A stretch of 64,000 nt of DNA from Lytechinus pictus (Eukaryota): contig NC_087250.1 in the NCBI RefSeq assembly GCF_037042905.1, forward strand, positions 24,864,001 to 24,928,000, written 5' to 3'. Shown piece by piece: positions 52,301 to 64,000 of this stretch. The position numbers and the translations under genes are program-made. Each line of letters starts with the position of its first letter. Position 1 is the first letter of the stretch. The notes below the pieces were generated by a model. That model worked only from the letters and a program-made list of their open reading frames with translations, had not been told where the DNA came from and did not search any database.

Positions 52301-55036
52301 TTGGTTCATGGTAATATGGATACCATATAGTTCTGCGGTACTTAGTTATGAAACTTGTTTTACTCAGTAATGCTCACACGTGATGATTAAAAGGATTTTC
52401 GACTATATAGAGGTGAACCGGGACGGGGCTTTCATTCTTTAACTTGGCTTGACTAATTCCGTTGTTCCCCCGAAAAGAATTGTTAGATTTGATAGTTAGC
52501 GTTTGCGTGAGCACCCACCAAAACTCTTAACAAAAGAATGGTTTGTATAGCTCCATTCTTGCTTTGTCGGCAAGTGATAATTAACTCGTTAAGTACCCAT
52601 TCCACACACTACGTCATAGTAGCTTTCGAAAACATACATGTACTTTTACTTGGGTATGTGTTTAAACATTGAAGCTAAATGTGCTATAATTTTTTTAAAT
52701 AGTTACATTATGTAAATAGCTTTTGCTGCTTTGCTCTGGAGCGCATTGAGCATCCAATCAAGATGGAAAGTGCGCTTTGCAAATGTCATGTATTATTATT
52801 TTTAGCTACCATATAACACTGAATTCTGTATTATACCAAGTTGATACTTGGTTTTATCATTTCCAATTCATATAACAAAATATATTTCGAAGGAAAATCT
52901 TGCTTTACTTAAATAAAATTAATAAACAATGTTTATAACTTTAATTGATGTCCGACAAATCTAACAATATAAAACCGCAGTTCGTAAATATGATAGTTTA
53001 ATCTTTACTTCGACGTCAATTATTCGTGTTATTATCATCATGTAGGTGTATCAGGGATATTAATATTCGTTTTAATCCCATCTATACTTTTATATAAAAT
53101 TGCGCGAAATATATGTGGTTGTTCTCACTATGAAGCTGCAACCCCTCTTCATTTTTCTCATCCTCCACTTCTTTCTTCTCCTTTATTATTTCCACCACTT
53201 TCATCTCTTCCCAATTCGAATATCTACCAATGTAACTTAAAAACCACAATAGAGAGCAGGTAATGTAATCAGATGTTTTAGCAAAAAGATAAATCTGTTA
53301 CATCTATTGCATTTAGGTAAATTTATATTTTTTATTGGGTGAGGGTTTTAGAGACCCGATTTGAACCGAAATGAAAAGAACATCCTCATTTATTGTTGTT
53401 AGCGTATCAACAAATTAATCCCCCTCCTCATTTCTATGAACATCCTGTCATAAATTGGGAAGCGGATGTGATCAAAGGAGATCAAATGTGTGGGCGGGGA
53501 GCAAGACTCTACCAGACTGTTGACAATAACAAAAGAACCAAATAAAAAATCGATGAGCACAACCAGTTTTGCTGGTGTTTGCTTTTTGCACGTCTACTTT
53601 GTATGATCTTGGTCATACTAGTATTCGTTTTCACCTTTCATTCCCTTTATTAGGGTTGTATCAACCATGTCAACGAATTGACGATCCCAATATTGACCGC
53701 ACGTTTGTTTTAACATAATGAGAATTCGCAAATGCCCTTGATATTCATAATTCTGTTTTATTTCAAGTTTGTCATTAATGTTTGTTAACATTCACTCTGT
53801 TAATAACTTGTCAATTTTGATTTACAAAAAAATCAAGTCTGCTTATTAATGCCTTTTATCTATTTTAATTATTTTTTTTGTTGATATCCCTTTATTTCTT
53901 CTTTCCGGATTCCACCCTGTGCACCCCGTTAAACTCAGGGAAGAATGTTTCAAATGTTTTCTAGTTCTTACACTGTTCACAATAAGGAGATGTGATTAGG
54001 TGTATTGTTTACGCTGAAGGGAGAGGAATGGGTGCGTATGGAAAAAATATCCCAAAAGATAGAGAATTGATCTCCATGACATTAACTCACAATTGTGTCC
54101 TATTTTTTAAAAACAAGTTTGTATGATACACGTATGCCTCCCACGTAAGGCGTAAGGAAAAAAGTTTACCTAATGCATCAAATTAGATTGATTGATTAGA
54201 TTCATTGCGGTAAATGAAATACAATAAATTCGATGTTCCAGCCAGATGACCAGATTTCACAAAATTAAATACGGGACAATCGACAAAGCACTATGTACCA
54301 TCGGATCGACCGAGCCAGGCCAAAAAATCAACAAAAAGGCTACACAATGTTAGACTTGTTAACAAAATATAATTAAGAAAGGGGAAGGGAGTGTGAGCGG
54401 AAGAAAGAAAAGAGAAAATAATGAGGAAACAAGAAATGAATTGAGACGAAAGAAAAAAATAAGGAAAAATTAAAAGGAAAAAAGTTTGAATAAAAGAGAG
54501 AACGGTTTCCGTCATTACTTGTAATGAATAAAGAAAGAAAGAATTAAAATAAAGGAAGGGAAGATGAATAAATGTGTGAAAGAAAAAACATAAGGAGAGA
54601 AAAGAGAAAAGTAAGAAAAATGGAGGAAAAGAGAAAGAAATAAAAAGAATTCCTTCATTATTTGAAAGAAACAAAGACAGAATAAAACATGAAGGAAGAA
54701 AGGGAAAGAGGGAATAAGGGAAAACAGAATAAAAAAAAATAAAAAAATAACATCTACAAAAAAATAATCTACAATAGATTCCGATCACGCTAGTTTAAAA
54801 ACATAATGGTCTATCACAAGATCACCAAAGTACATGCACATGTAAACATAATGCAATGTACGTACCCTAGGGCACCCGAGGATAAGTGCGGGCACGGCCA
54901 ATATTATATAGCACGCAGGAAACTGCGGGCCCGGGAAAACGCCCTCGTCTGCTCCCCTTGAATACCCTCGGTTAGACGCAAAAGCCCCCTAGGGTGTTTG
55001 CGTGCTCGGGCGTGACGTTTCCTGCGGCCGGCACTG
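46392..55036. mobile_element. Head-to-tail dimer of a non-autonomous TA-targeting (Tc1/mariner-like) element
   Basis: TA|cagtgccggccgcgggaaacgtcac ... gtgacgtttcctgcggccggcactg|TA. The internal junction cactg|tgccggcc is at 51003/51004. An empty-site paralog is at ~56175-56195. Confidence 0.88.
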
Positions 55037-56782
55037 TATTCATAAGGCGAAACGCTTAGGCCAGTGGAGTGATATGATTAAAAATAAGTACTGTAGGCCT
55101 ATAATACTCATTAAATATTTACATTGGCTCACATTAAAAATGAATATGCATTTCAGGCATAGCAGCTTCACCACGTTCAACGTTGATATTTTGCTGTAAC
55201 TTGTAAGTATTGTAAGTGACTTTAAAAAAAAATAACTATGCGAATATTGACAGACTTTGACTATGAAATATTCAAAGCCATATTAACAACGAAAATATAG
55301 AGTAAAGTATTTATGAATGCATGTTATGACTATTGATTCACGTATGGCTGTTTTACTCAGGGGCCATCCGAATTCATCAACCTTCTACGAAAATATGTGT
55401 AATGAGAAAACAAAGCATTTAAATCTGAATAACTGCTGTACACATAAATGCTCTCACGAGCTCCAAAGAAAAGGCATAAAAAGCAACAATAAAGCTGGAA
55501 AGATTTATGTCATAATAATATTGAAATCAAACGCTTTATACAATATTCGTTTGCATGCCCTGCGACTCTCATGACTGAAAGTTTTGTGAGAGGTCACAAT
55601 TGCATAGGGATATAGGCCTCGTTCATGTTAACAAACCTTATTGTTATTTCGATTTTTTTTTACATCTAAATACTCCAATTATGTTTAACTTTTCAAGTAA
55701 ATAAAATGTTTTTGCATAATAATTGTCATACATTATGTTATCTACAAACATGTACTTACAATGTATACCATGGTTGATAAAACGTCTTAAAATATAATCA
55801 TGAAAGATTAATTATTCATTGTGACTCGCTTTCATTATGATTTTTATTTCTCTTTCTGTATCAAGCCTTTTTTAAATAAAAATGTTTCTAGATTTATACA
55901 TGTACAAAACATTCATCTGTTGCCGAGAAACATTCATACAACATACATGACATAGAACACAAGAATACTTAATATACAAAATCTATAGAGAAAGTAAATC
56001 AAGATATTGATTAAATTAGTTTTGTTCGCTAAAATAATTAAGCGTAAAAGTCTGCTTAAATTCTGGATTTGAAATACTGACTTTCTTGCATCGAAGTTAC
56101 TGCATATATCTTATTCATCATGTTCATGTTAACAGGACCATGCTGAAAACACGTATGAATAGAATTATTATGAGAGGCCATGTATTCACAAGGTGAAACA
56201 TTTAGGCCAGTGTAATGATATCATACAAATAAAAGCACTGTTGGCCCATATATCAAATATTTACATTTTCACACATTAAAATGAATATGCATTTCAGGCT
56301 TATCAGCTTCATCACGTTCAACGTGGATATTTTTTTGTAAGTATTGCAAGTGACTTTTTTTCAAAATGTTTAAACTTTGCGAGTATATATTGACAGACTT
56401 TGACTCCAAAGATATCCAGAGCCATTAACAACGGAAATTTAAAGTATTGTCATTATGAATATTGACTCAAGTATGGCTTTTTTACTCAGTGGCCAAGCGA
56501 ATTCATCCACCTTCTACGAAAAATATGTGTAACGAGAAAACAAAACATTCAAATCTGAATAACTGCTGTACATATTAATGCTCTTATGAGCTCAAAAGAA
56601 AAGGCATAAAAAGCAACAACAAAAAAAGCTGGAAAGGTTTATGTCATAATAATATTGAAATCAAACGCTTTATACAATATTCGTTTGCATGCCGTGCGAC
56701 TCTCATGACTGAAAGTTTTGCGATAAGTCACAATTGCATATGGATATAGGCCTCGTTCCTGTTAACAAACCTTATTGTTATC

Positions 56783-57075
56783 GTGGAGCGTTGTGGCCCA
56801 GTGGATTGGTCTCCGGACTCTGAAACAGAGGGTCATGGGTTTGAATCCCAACCATGGCGTAATTTCCCTCGGCAAGGAATTTATCCACATTGTGCTGCTT
56901 CGACCCAGGTGAGGTGAATTGGTACCCGGTAGGATTTATTCCTTGAACGCTTTATAGCGCATATTAATATGGCGGCTTAGCTACAGCCGGGGTAATAATA
57001 TGATACCAAGTATCAAAGCGCAGTTGAGTATATACACATATTAAACTGCGCTATATAAATGGACATATTATTATT
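56783..57075 (+). mobile_element. tRNA-derived SINE with L2/CR1-like tail
   Basis: A box tggcccagtgg, B box ggtttgaatccc, core gacccaggtgag...ggtacc, tail aaagcgc..gcgctatataaat(tta)n. It is absent from the paralogous repeat copies. Confidence 0.8.
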
Positions 57076-59035
57076 ATAACTATTATTTCGATTTTTTACA
57101 CCTAAATACTGGAATTCTGTTCATTTTTGAAGTAAATAAAATGTCTATGAATAATAATTGCCATACATTATGTTATCGACAAACATGTTATTGCAATGTA
57201 TACCATGGTTGATGAAACGTCTTAAAATATAATCATGAAAGATTATATTATTCATTATGACTCGCTTTCATTATGATTCTTATTTCTCTTTCTGTATCAA
57301 GCCTTTTATCAATAAAAATGTTTCTAGATTTATACATGTACAAAACATTCATCTGTTGCCGAGATACATTCATACGACATACATGACATAGGAAACATGA
57401 ATACCTAATATACAAAATATATAGAGAAAGTAAATCAAGATATTGATTAAAGTAGTTTTGTTCGCTAAGATACTTAAGCCTATACATGTATTACTGTTTA
57501 TAATGTTTTCTGTCTAAAGGATTGAAAATTATTTTATTTCATAGCATCTAAGTTACTGCATAATATATATAATGTCAACAGAACCATGTTGAAATCGTAT
57601 CTAATCTGAATGTTATGACGCCTAAATGTATTCCTAATAAAAAGATAAATAGATAATGTTACATCCGGGTAGTATTCACAGCATTGTACACAAATCGGAG
57701 CTCATGGTCCATGACTTGTCAATCAAAATATGAGAAGGAAAATATAGCCTATATGTTGTTTTCTTTCCTTTCAACATTTTATTTACTCAACATTAAAAAC
57801 AAAACCACAACCAAGAAATACATAAACATGTAGGTGACTTTGCTATCATGTATCATTCATATGGGAGCAAAATGATGGTATACCTTTTTTTGTAAAAATT
57901 AATATACATTTACATTAAAAGGAATATAGTACCGACATTTATACATGTACATGTGTTACATAAAAAAAGTTAAAATGCAAACTTATATGAACCAGTGATG
58001 AATTGATATAATTTGCAGTATAAGAGCCTACACATAATTCATTCATCGGAAACAATGAGGAAAGTTAATTTAATAGGGTCTATAAATAATACATACATGG
58101 CAGTTCTAACATTGCAAACATATCTAAGTTCAAGGGTCCCGATTTTCAACACAACTCTCCGTCGGCCCTACTCGAATCACTCAATACTAACACACAAGTA
58201 AATGTAGTTCTTTTTCTATACAAGTGTATGCTATAAACACTTAGGCCTATCAAAACAGCTGGATTTTAATGGTTAAAATGATAGTCATAATAAATAAAGG
58301 TATTTATATGGCGATGTCTATACTATCTACAAACAATATTATTCAGAGGAACATTGCCATGACAATTATAACATAGTGCTCGTATACAGAACTAAACTTA
58401 TGAAATTTTCAATATATGGATATAAGATTTAATAAATTGAATCTTATTTTGGTAATATTGATTGTCGAATCTCGATTATTTGTTTCCATAAAATAGATGA
58501 TATAAATATGTTTTTAAAATCGAATATCATAGAACATAGTCTACATTTTGATTTTGTATGAGGTTAAACGTCCAAGCGACAACTATTAACCTTTGGAAAA
58601 GAAAATGAACTCTCTATAACTTTGCAAGGAGATCCAATAATAAATATATGAACAGATCGTGCCGATCGATACATGAATATATAACAAAACGCGAATGTAA
58701 TACATTTGTCCAGTGAGCTGTTTTATCATAGATTTTCTTAAAATGAATAAGTGTACAGTGATTGTTTAATTTACGCTTAAGAAAAATATGGTGTTAAAAT
58801 ATAACAGCCAAAAATGTAGATATAAAATAGATAGACACGTCACACAACAAGGAGAGAATTTAAAATGTTTAATTCAAATCCAATTGTAATTCTTAACTTA
58901 TATACAATAAATGCCTATATACTATAATCAAAGAGTCTATATTGATATAGAGCTAATGCGGTACATTTTGGTGATACAGACCTATTAAAAAAATGTTTCT
59001 TCGTCGACGACAAGATGTGAGAAAAGGGCCTGAGA

Positions 59036-59333
59036 CTAACTTTTGACAAAGAGAATTTCAGCTTCATGTCTTAACCGTGCAGCCTCAAGTGCAAATTGGA
59101 GTTTCTCAACCTGCTCACTGGGTCGGACACGCCGTCTCCATTCTTCAATCATCTCCCTAAGACCTGATCTTGAGACAGTCCTGGCCGAAGAGTCAGCTCT
59201 GACCAAGTATTTCTCCACCGTTGAATAGGAGAAACCGAGTTTGTAACCAAGCTTACTTGCTTCATTTATTCCACAAACTATATCAGTCAGTACCTGTATC
59301 ATGCTGTTTGAAACGAACTTCATTCGGCCTCCA
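59036..59333 (-). CDS. Terminal exon encoding a death domain
   Basis: Acceptor tttcag. KLGYKLGFSYSTVEKY...LREMIEEWRRR....VEKLQFALEAARLRHEAE matches the death-domain helical pattern. The frame is open to a TAG stop. Confidence 0.75.
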
Positions 59334-60730
59334 CTGAAATAAGGAGTAATGAAAGTGAATTGAAGAAATTAATTAGAAAAAAAAATACAGTCTGAGTTGA
59401 GCCAAGCAAAAGTAGATGCATCAAAATACTGATTTCATTTCAAGAAAAAAAAATCCTTTACATTCAACGTAAATTTTCACCATTATCATCTGATATCCTG
59501 ATCTAATAGGCCCCACGTTAAAAATATGTAAATATCATAACATCCAAATAAAAAAACGAATACTCTGAGAATTAGATAGAACGAAAGGAAAATGTGTCAA
59601 ATTTGGGACCATGTTATGTTGTTTTATTGTTCTAAATTTGTTAAACGGTGGGCAATTAAGCATTTTGTACCAGAATCCTTTTGCAGATAAAGTTTTTTTT
59701 TTATACCGGTGGTCTATTAATTGAATTTATTGAAACTCATTGTAGTCTTCACAACTGGAATTTATTTTTGAACCATGCGATCTGCTCCTCAGGTAAAATA
59801 AGCCCAACCACACAATTTTGAAGCAGCACAAAATTGAAATGCTGGGGATATTTACCATTCAGTTCTATAAATAAAAAAAGTAATCATAAAATCAATGAAA
59901 TAAAATAACAATCGATCATTTTGTGTATATATTTTCACCTCAGGTTGTCATTTAATTGCATTAAAATGTCATATTTTAAAAACTGAATTTACGTTTTTTT
60001 TTCATCACGATGCATTATTTAAAAATCTTTTTAAAAGATAATTCATAAGTTTATGTCTGAATCGGGTTTTTAGATTTCCCTATATTTGTTTAAATGTTTG
60101 CATTTGTAACAATATTTAAAAAATGACTTGATAAAATCATAGGCGGCGGAAGCGGGGGGGGGGGGGACAGGTCCCCCTAAAATTGAGGTGGGGGACGTTC
60201 CCCCCTAAATTTTTTGTTGATAACCTTTTTTTTTTTTGTCAATTTTTTTTTTTACCTGTGTCCATCCAAAAAAATTCAGGTGGACCCCTCTAAATTTTGT
60301 GGCTTCCGCCGCCAGTGGATAAAGTTATCTTTTGTTATGTTGAAATTTTTATATTCTCATACCTTTGAGCTTTGTCGTAGTCAGGTTCCACTGTTTAAAA
60401 AAAAAAAAAAAAAAAACATATTATGTCATTTGAGTACTTTTGAACTTTTGAACGCACTGAAATATTTATTCTTTTATCAAAATATGTATTCCAAAGATGA
60501 TTCGAGTTTTTTTCCGTTAAATCAAGAGCATGTCGTAAGATATATTATAAGCATCCTTTTTATACGTGATATCATGTATAATATAGAATGGAAATCAATG
60601 TGAATGTTTGGTTAATCTCATATTCAAACTATGATTGCAACTACTTCTTGCTTGTGAATTTATAAAATTGGTGTATTCGTTGGGGGTTTTTTATTCAAAG
60701 ATATTCTGATCGTGTTTTTTTTCCACAAAC

Positions 60731-61071
60731 CTTCTTTGGAGATTTCAATCTCTTGTTCTGCAAGTACGGATGGGCCTTGCTCAATGCAAACACGAACACG
60801 CTTATCATCGTTTGAGGGCGGCAGACTTATGTCTATAGTATTCCAACCTCCAGATAGTAGGCAATGCACATGAACCTTTATGAAGAAATAGGAGATAGAC
60901 AATGGATTTGAGTAATTTTCATGAACTGCTTTCGATGCAACCTATTTGTAACATCTGTCATCTTCGTCGAACATATTTTGGTGCGTGATGATTTTTTTTT
61001 GTCAGCATCATTCTGAATAGATATTAAAACAAGCGATTCTAAGCTGGATGGTAAGGGCATTTTATTACCTT
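60731..61071 (-). pseudogene. Probable upstream exon of the death-domain gene, disrupted
   Basis: ttttcag acceptor and candidate ag|gtttgt donor. Protein-like stretches are present (TIQLRIACFN; GGWNTIDISLPP..VRVCIEQGPSVLAEQEI), but there are in-frame stops. Confidence 0.4.
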
Positions 61072-61183
61072 CTGAAAATGTATTTGGTAAATTTGGGTCA
61101 CAATTATTTTCAATAAAGTATAGAAATGCGACATGACATCAAAGAGCCTGGATGACATTAAGAACAGTTCTTCAGATCCTTAC

Positions 61184-61318
61184 AGTTTCTTGAGTCTTCT
61201 CCGAGCCAGTGAGACACGAAAGCTTGATGTTATCTTCAGCAGATTCCAGACAAAATTTGAATACAGTCGTGACTTCGTAGAATGGTTCCGACAAGCTGTA
61301 ATTCTGTCCTTTCACACC
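61184..61318 (-). CDS. Candidate 135-bp phase-0 exon of the same gene
   Basis: tttccag|GVKGQNYSLSEPFYEVTTVFKFCLESAEDNIKLSCLTGSEKTQET|gtaagg. Open frame with canonical splice sites. Confidence 0.5.
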
Positions 61319-61541
61319 CTGGAAAGAAACGTTGGTAAATATCTAGATGTCATGTGAATCACTATTTGGATAGAATGTCTGCATTTTCTTTCTAAAGTAA
61401 GACGCATTTATTGCATGAATCAATATGTAAACACACGCACAAACACACCCTTGAGAAGAAAATCTGATTTTGTAATAATATTTAAGAAGGAAAACTTCTC
61501 AAAGACGCTCTGAAGTACCTCAAAATTTGACTACGTAGCAG

Positions 61542-61592
<51 letters not shown>

Positions 61593-61593
61593 A

Positions 61594-61654
<61 letters not shown>

Positions 61655-61711
61655 TTCGGGAATACTATCATTGTATAGAGTGCTCAATGTCCTTCACAGG
61701 AAGAGCTTTGA

Positions 61712-61902
61712 ATAATAAACACAAGTTCACAAGGTTGACTGGAGGTTCATCAAATTTAATTGCAACTCTGAGTTTCACGCAACCTACGTGAGGTGCGATC
61801 GTCAGGCAAGTTGCCTGACGATCGCACCTCACGTAGGTTGCGTGAAACTCAGAGTTGCAATTAAATTTGATGAACCTCCAGTCAACCTTGTGAACTTGTG
61901 TT

Positions 61903-61908
<6 letters not shown>
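61712..61908. repeat. Perfect palindrome, 98-bp arms with a 1-nt spacer, next to (TA)n
   Basis: 61712-61809 is the exact reverse complement of 61811-61908. Each arm contains CTGACGA-stem-GAAA-c-TC. Confidence 0.95.
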
Positions 61909-61937
<29 letters not shown>

Positions 61938-62219
61938 TTGGTTTTCCACGTATTGGCAATAATAATAATAAGACATCAGAAATGCGAAACAAATTCACGA
62001 GTAATGCAGTTTTTGCAGTGCCAACAATTAAGTTCTTTTATTCACTCTCCAAATTTTTGGTAGACATCTACCTTCTTCAGGGAAGATTCGTGAATTGTGA
62101 CAACTTTGAATGACAGTTGTTTTTATTAAAGCGTGCGCGATCTCAGCGGGACAAGGGTAACCACTGCTAGGTGCGCAAAATGCTGTTATGAATGTATAGT
62201 GCGCGCTTTTGGGTAATAG

Positions 62220-62670
62220 ACCATTAATGACGTAAGTTACGTAATAATAAAAGAGAAAGTCAAGAAGGGGCCTAAGCTTTCGATCCTAGCAGAATCTTCA
62301 TCGGAGGCAAAATGATAAAAGATAAAAATAATAAAAGAGTATGATTTAGGTTTCGTAACAATAAAAAGATTTCGTAATAAAAAGAGTGTCTAGCTGAGAC
62401 CGCGCACGCTGCACATTGCACAGAGAGATAATAATAAACAAGATAGCAGAATTAAGGAAATTAAGGCAAAGAGGAGAAAGATATGATTATCTATAGAATG
62501 TGAATGCGTTGAGCCAAGACAGATCTTTGTTGAGGCCACTTTCAAACGTGCGGCTTTTGACGATATGTCTCAGCTCAGCCCATTTCCGTTCCTCTGCCGA
62601 TCTGTATCCTCCGCCGAAGATGCAGACTTTGATATCTTTGACAGAGTGATTAGGGAGGTTGATGTGAGAA
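62220..62670 (-). mobile_element. Penelope-like 3' fragment (end of GIY-YIG ORF plus hammerhead-like motif)
   Basis: Minus strand: SHINLPNHSVKDIKVCIFGGGYRSAEERKWAELRHIVKSRTFESGLNKDLSWL. Motif gcct-CCGATGA-a-stem-GAAA-gc-TT-aggc at 62270-62308. Confidence 0.75.
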
Positions 62671-63060
62671 AGAACAAATCATTCCAAAATACTATGCTAG
62701 CGTGATTGGTAAGAAAGGGAAATAAACAACAAAGATGACAAAATAGCAAACAACAGCGGGAAATTAAGGTAGAATGGAATGAGTCAAAAGTTCTATTGGA
62801 AAATTAAGAAAACGGACAAGAAAAAAACAGAGAACTATAAACACAACCGGGCTTTTATTTCGTTTTATTTTTTTATTTTGAATTTATTATTATGTTTTTT
62901 TCTCTTTTTAGGGGGGTTCTCTCTCCTCCAAATTTAATCATTCAATCTTACAAAGACTTGTTGCACAAGGCATTTGCATGTTCTAATTCTTTATCTGTTA
63001 CTGTGTTAGAATAAAATATTGCTGTGCTTGATATCGATCCGAATCAGCATTCATGTTGGA

Positions 63061-63137
63061 GGTGCCGTGACCGAGTGGTCTAAGGTGCCTGGCTATACAT
63101 GGAGAGTCCGGGATCGATCCCCGCGGCTACGACACCT
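63061..63137 (+). mobile_element. tRNA-derived SINE head
   Basis: A-box-like tgaccgagtggtctaagg and B-box-like gggatcgatccc. It does not form a full cloverleaf. Confidence 0.55.
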
Positions 63138-64000
63138 TTGCTCTTATATCCTTCATTCAGATAAATGGAAATGCTTTACGCATTATTTGTAAGTAGGTGT
63201 GCACTTGTTTGTTTAAAAAAATAAAAAGCGTATCTCCCCTAATCTATCCTCTGTTGGAAATAATTATAACGGGACTTTACTCAGGGTACCTCCTCGCTCT
63301 TTTTGTTGTAGAATTAAGACGTTTATGTCAAGGTTTTTTTTCTGCACCACTTTTAGAATCATTATAAACCTTTTTCTATTGCCTTTTTTCATTAATATAC
63401 CTTTATGTATTTTGTACTAATTTCAAATCATTCCAATGCTGTAAATTATACCCCCCCCCCAATGATCGGTAATAGACGATATTGAACAAATTATTCGCGT
63501 TTTTGTTCTCACTGTCTCAATCTAACATAAGCATTAATAAAACATGAGCACACAAGCCATTAGTAAAGGTGAGGTACAAATTATTTTGAAGGCCCATCTT
63601 ACCATTATTCTTACAAGGGATAGTTTTTTTTTTTAACATGCGGTTAAAGTTAAGGTCATAATGACTCGCTTGATAGATTACATGTCAAGAGTCCGGGTGA
63701 GAGTAAACGCCATCGACATTCAAGCAAGCCGATGGCACAATTGGAATACTCCCTCCTCCGTGGTTTTAGGTCCAACCTTTTATATCATGACATTCTTTTT
63801 CTTTCACGAAGATTATTATAAAACCCCGGTTTAACCACTGATGTGTAGAAGATAATTGATTGACATGGAACGTTGTTTCGTCTTGCAGTCGCGCGTGACT
63901 TGCAAGTTGACTATTGTTCTCAAAGCAGCCTCCTCATTGGTTAATCATTTCGCCTTTTTTGGCAAGCGGTTATTAGGGCATTTCGGTTAGCTCGGCGGTG

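Larger units (their letters stand above)
45640..57640. repeat. Diverged ~1.1-kb tandem repeat (about 3 copies) interrupted by the TE dimer and a SINE
   Basis: The tcag.ggcca..cg.attcatc motif occurs at ~45648, ~55357 and ~56486, each followed by collinear similarity. Confidence 0.8.

Noticed and set aside
56783..63137. tRNA genes at 56783 and 63061
   Set aside because: Only A/B boxes are present with no full cloverleaf. The context indicates SINE heads.

Overview
AT-rich, repeat-dominated metazoan DNA. The repeat families look like sea urchin or another echinoderm (inference). Most of the window is nested transposable elements. (1) A 6-kb non-coding foldback DNA element (2156-8148) with modular terminal inverted repeats (TIRs) containing 21-bp and 194-bp arrays, TAC..GTA termini and a 6-bp ATTATT target-site duplication (TSD). 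Its left arm is partly copied in an upstream 1616-bp tandem duplication. (2) A ~1.1-kb palindromic element. (3) A 13-kb inverted duplication (9372-22547) of a GATA-rich unit bounded by four copies of a ~78-bp motif. Its left copy carries a near full-length but disabled I-group/Nimb-like LINE, a 30-bp palindromic micro-insertion with an 8-bp TSD, and two Penelope-like fragments with minimal hammerhead-ribozyme motifs. (4) Many miniature inverted-repeat elements (MITEs) with diagnostic TSDs, a solo LTR, SINEs and an L2/CR1 tail. (5) A head-to-tail dimer of a TA-targeting element (46392-55036) with an empty-site paralog nearby. (6) The 3' exons of a minus-strand death-domain gene, possibly decayed. 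(7) A perfect 197-bp palindrome with a hammerhead-like core. No CRISPR array, rRNA or true tRNA gene is supported. Nearly all short ORFs in the track are low-complexity artefacts.
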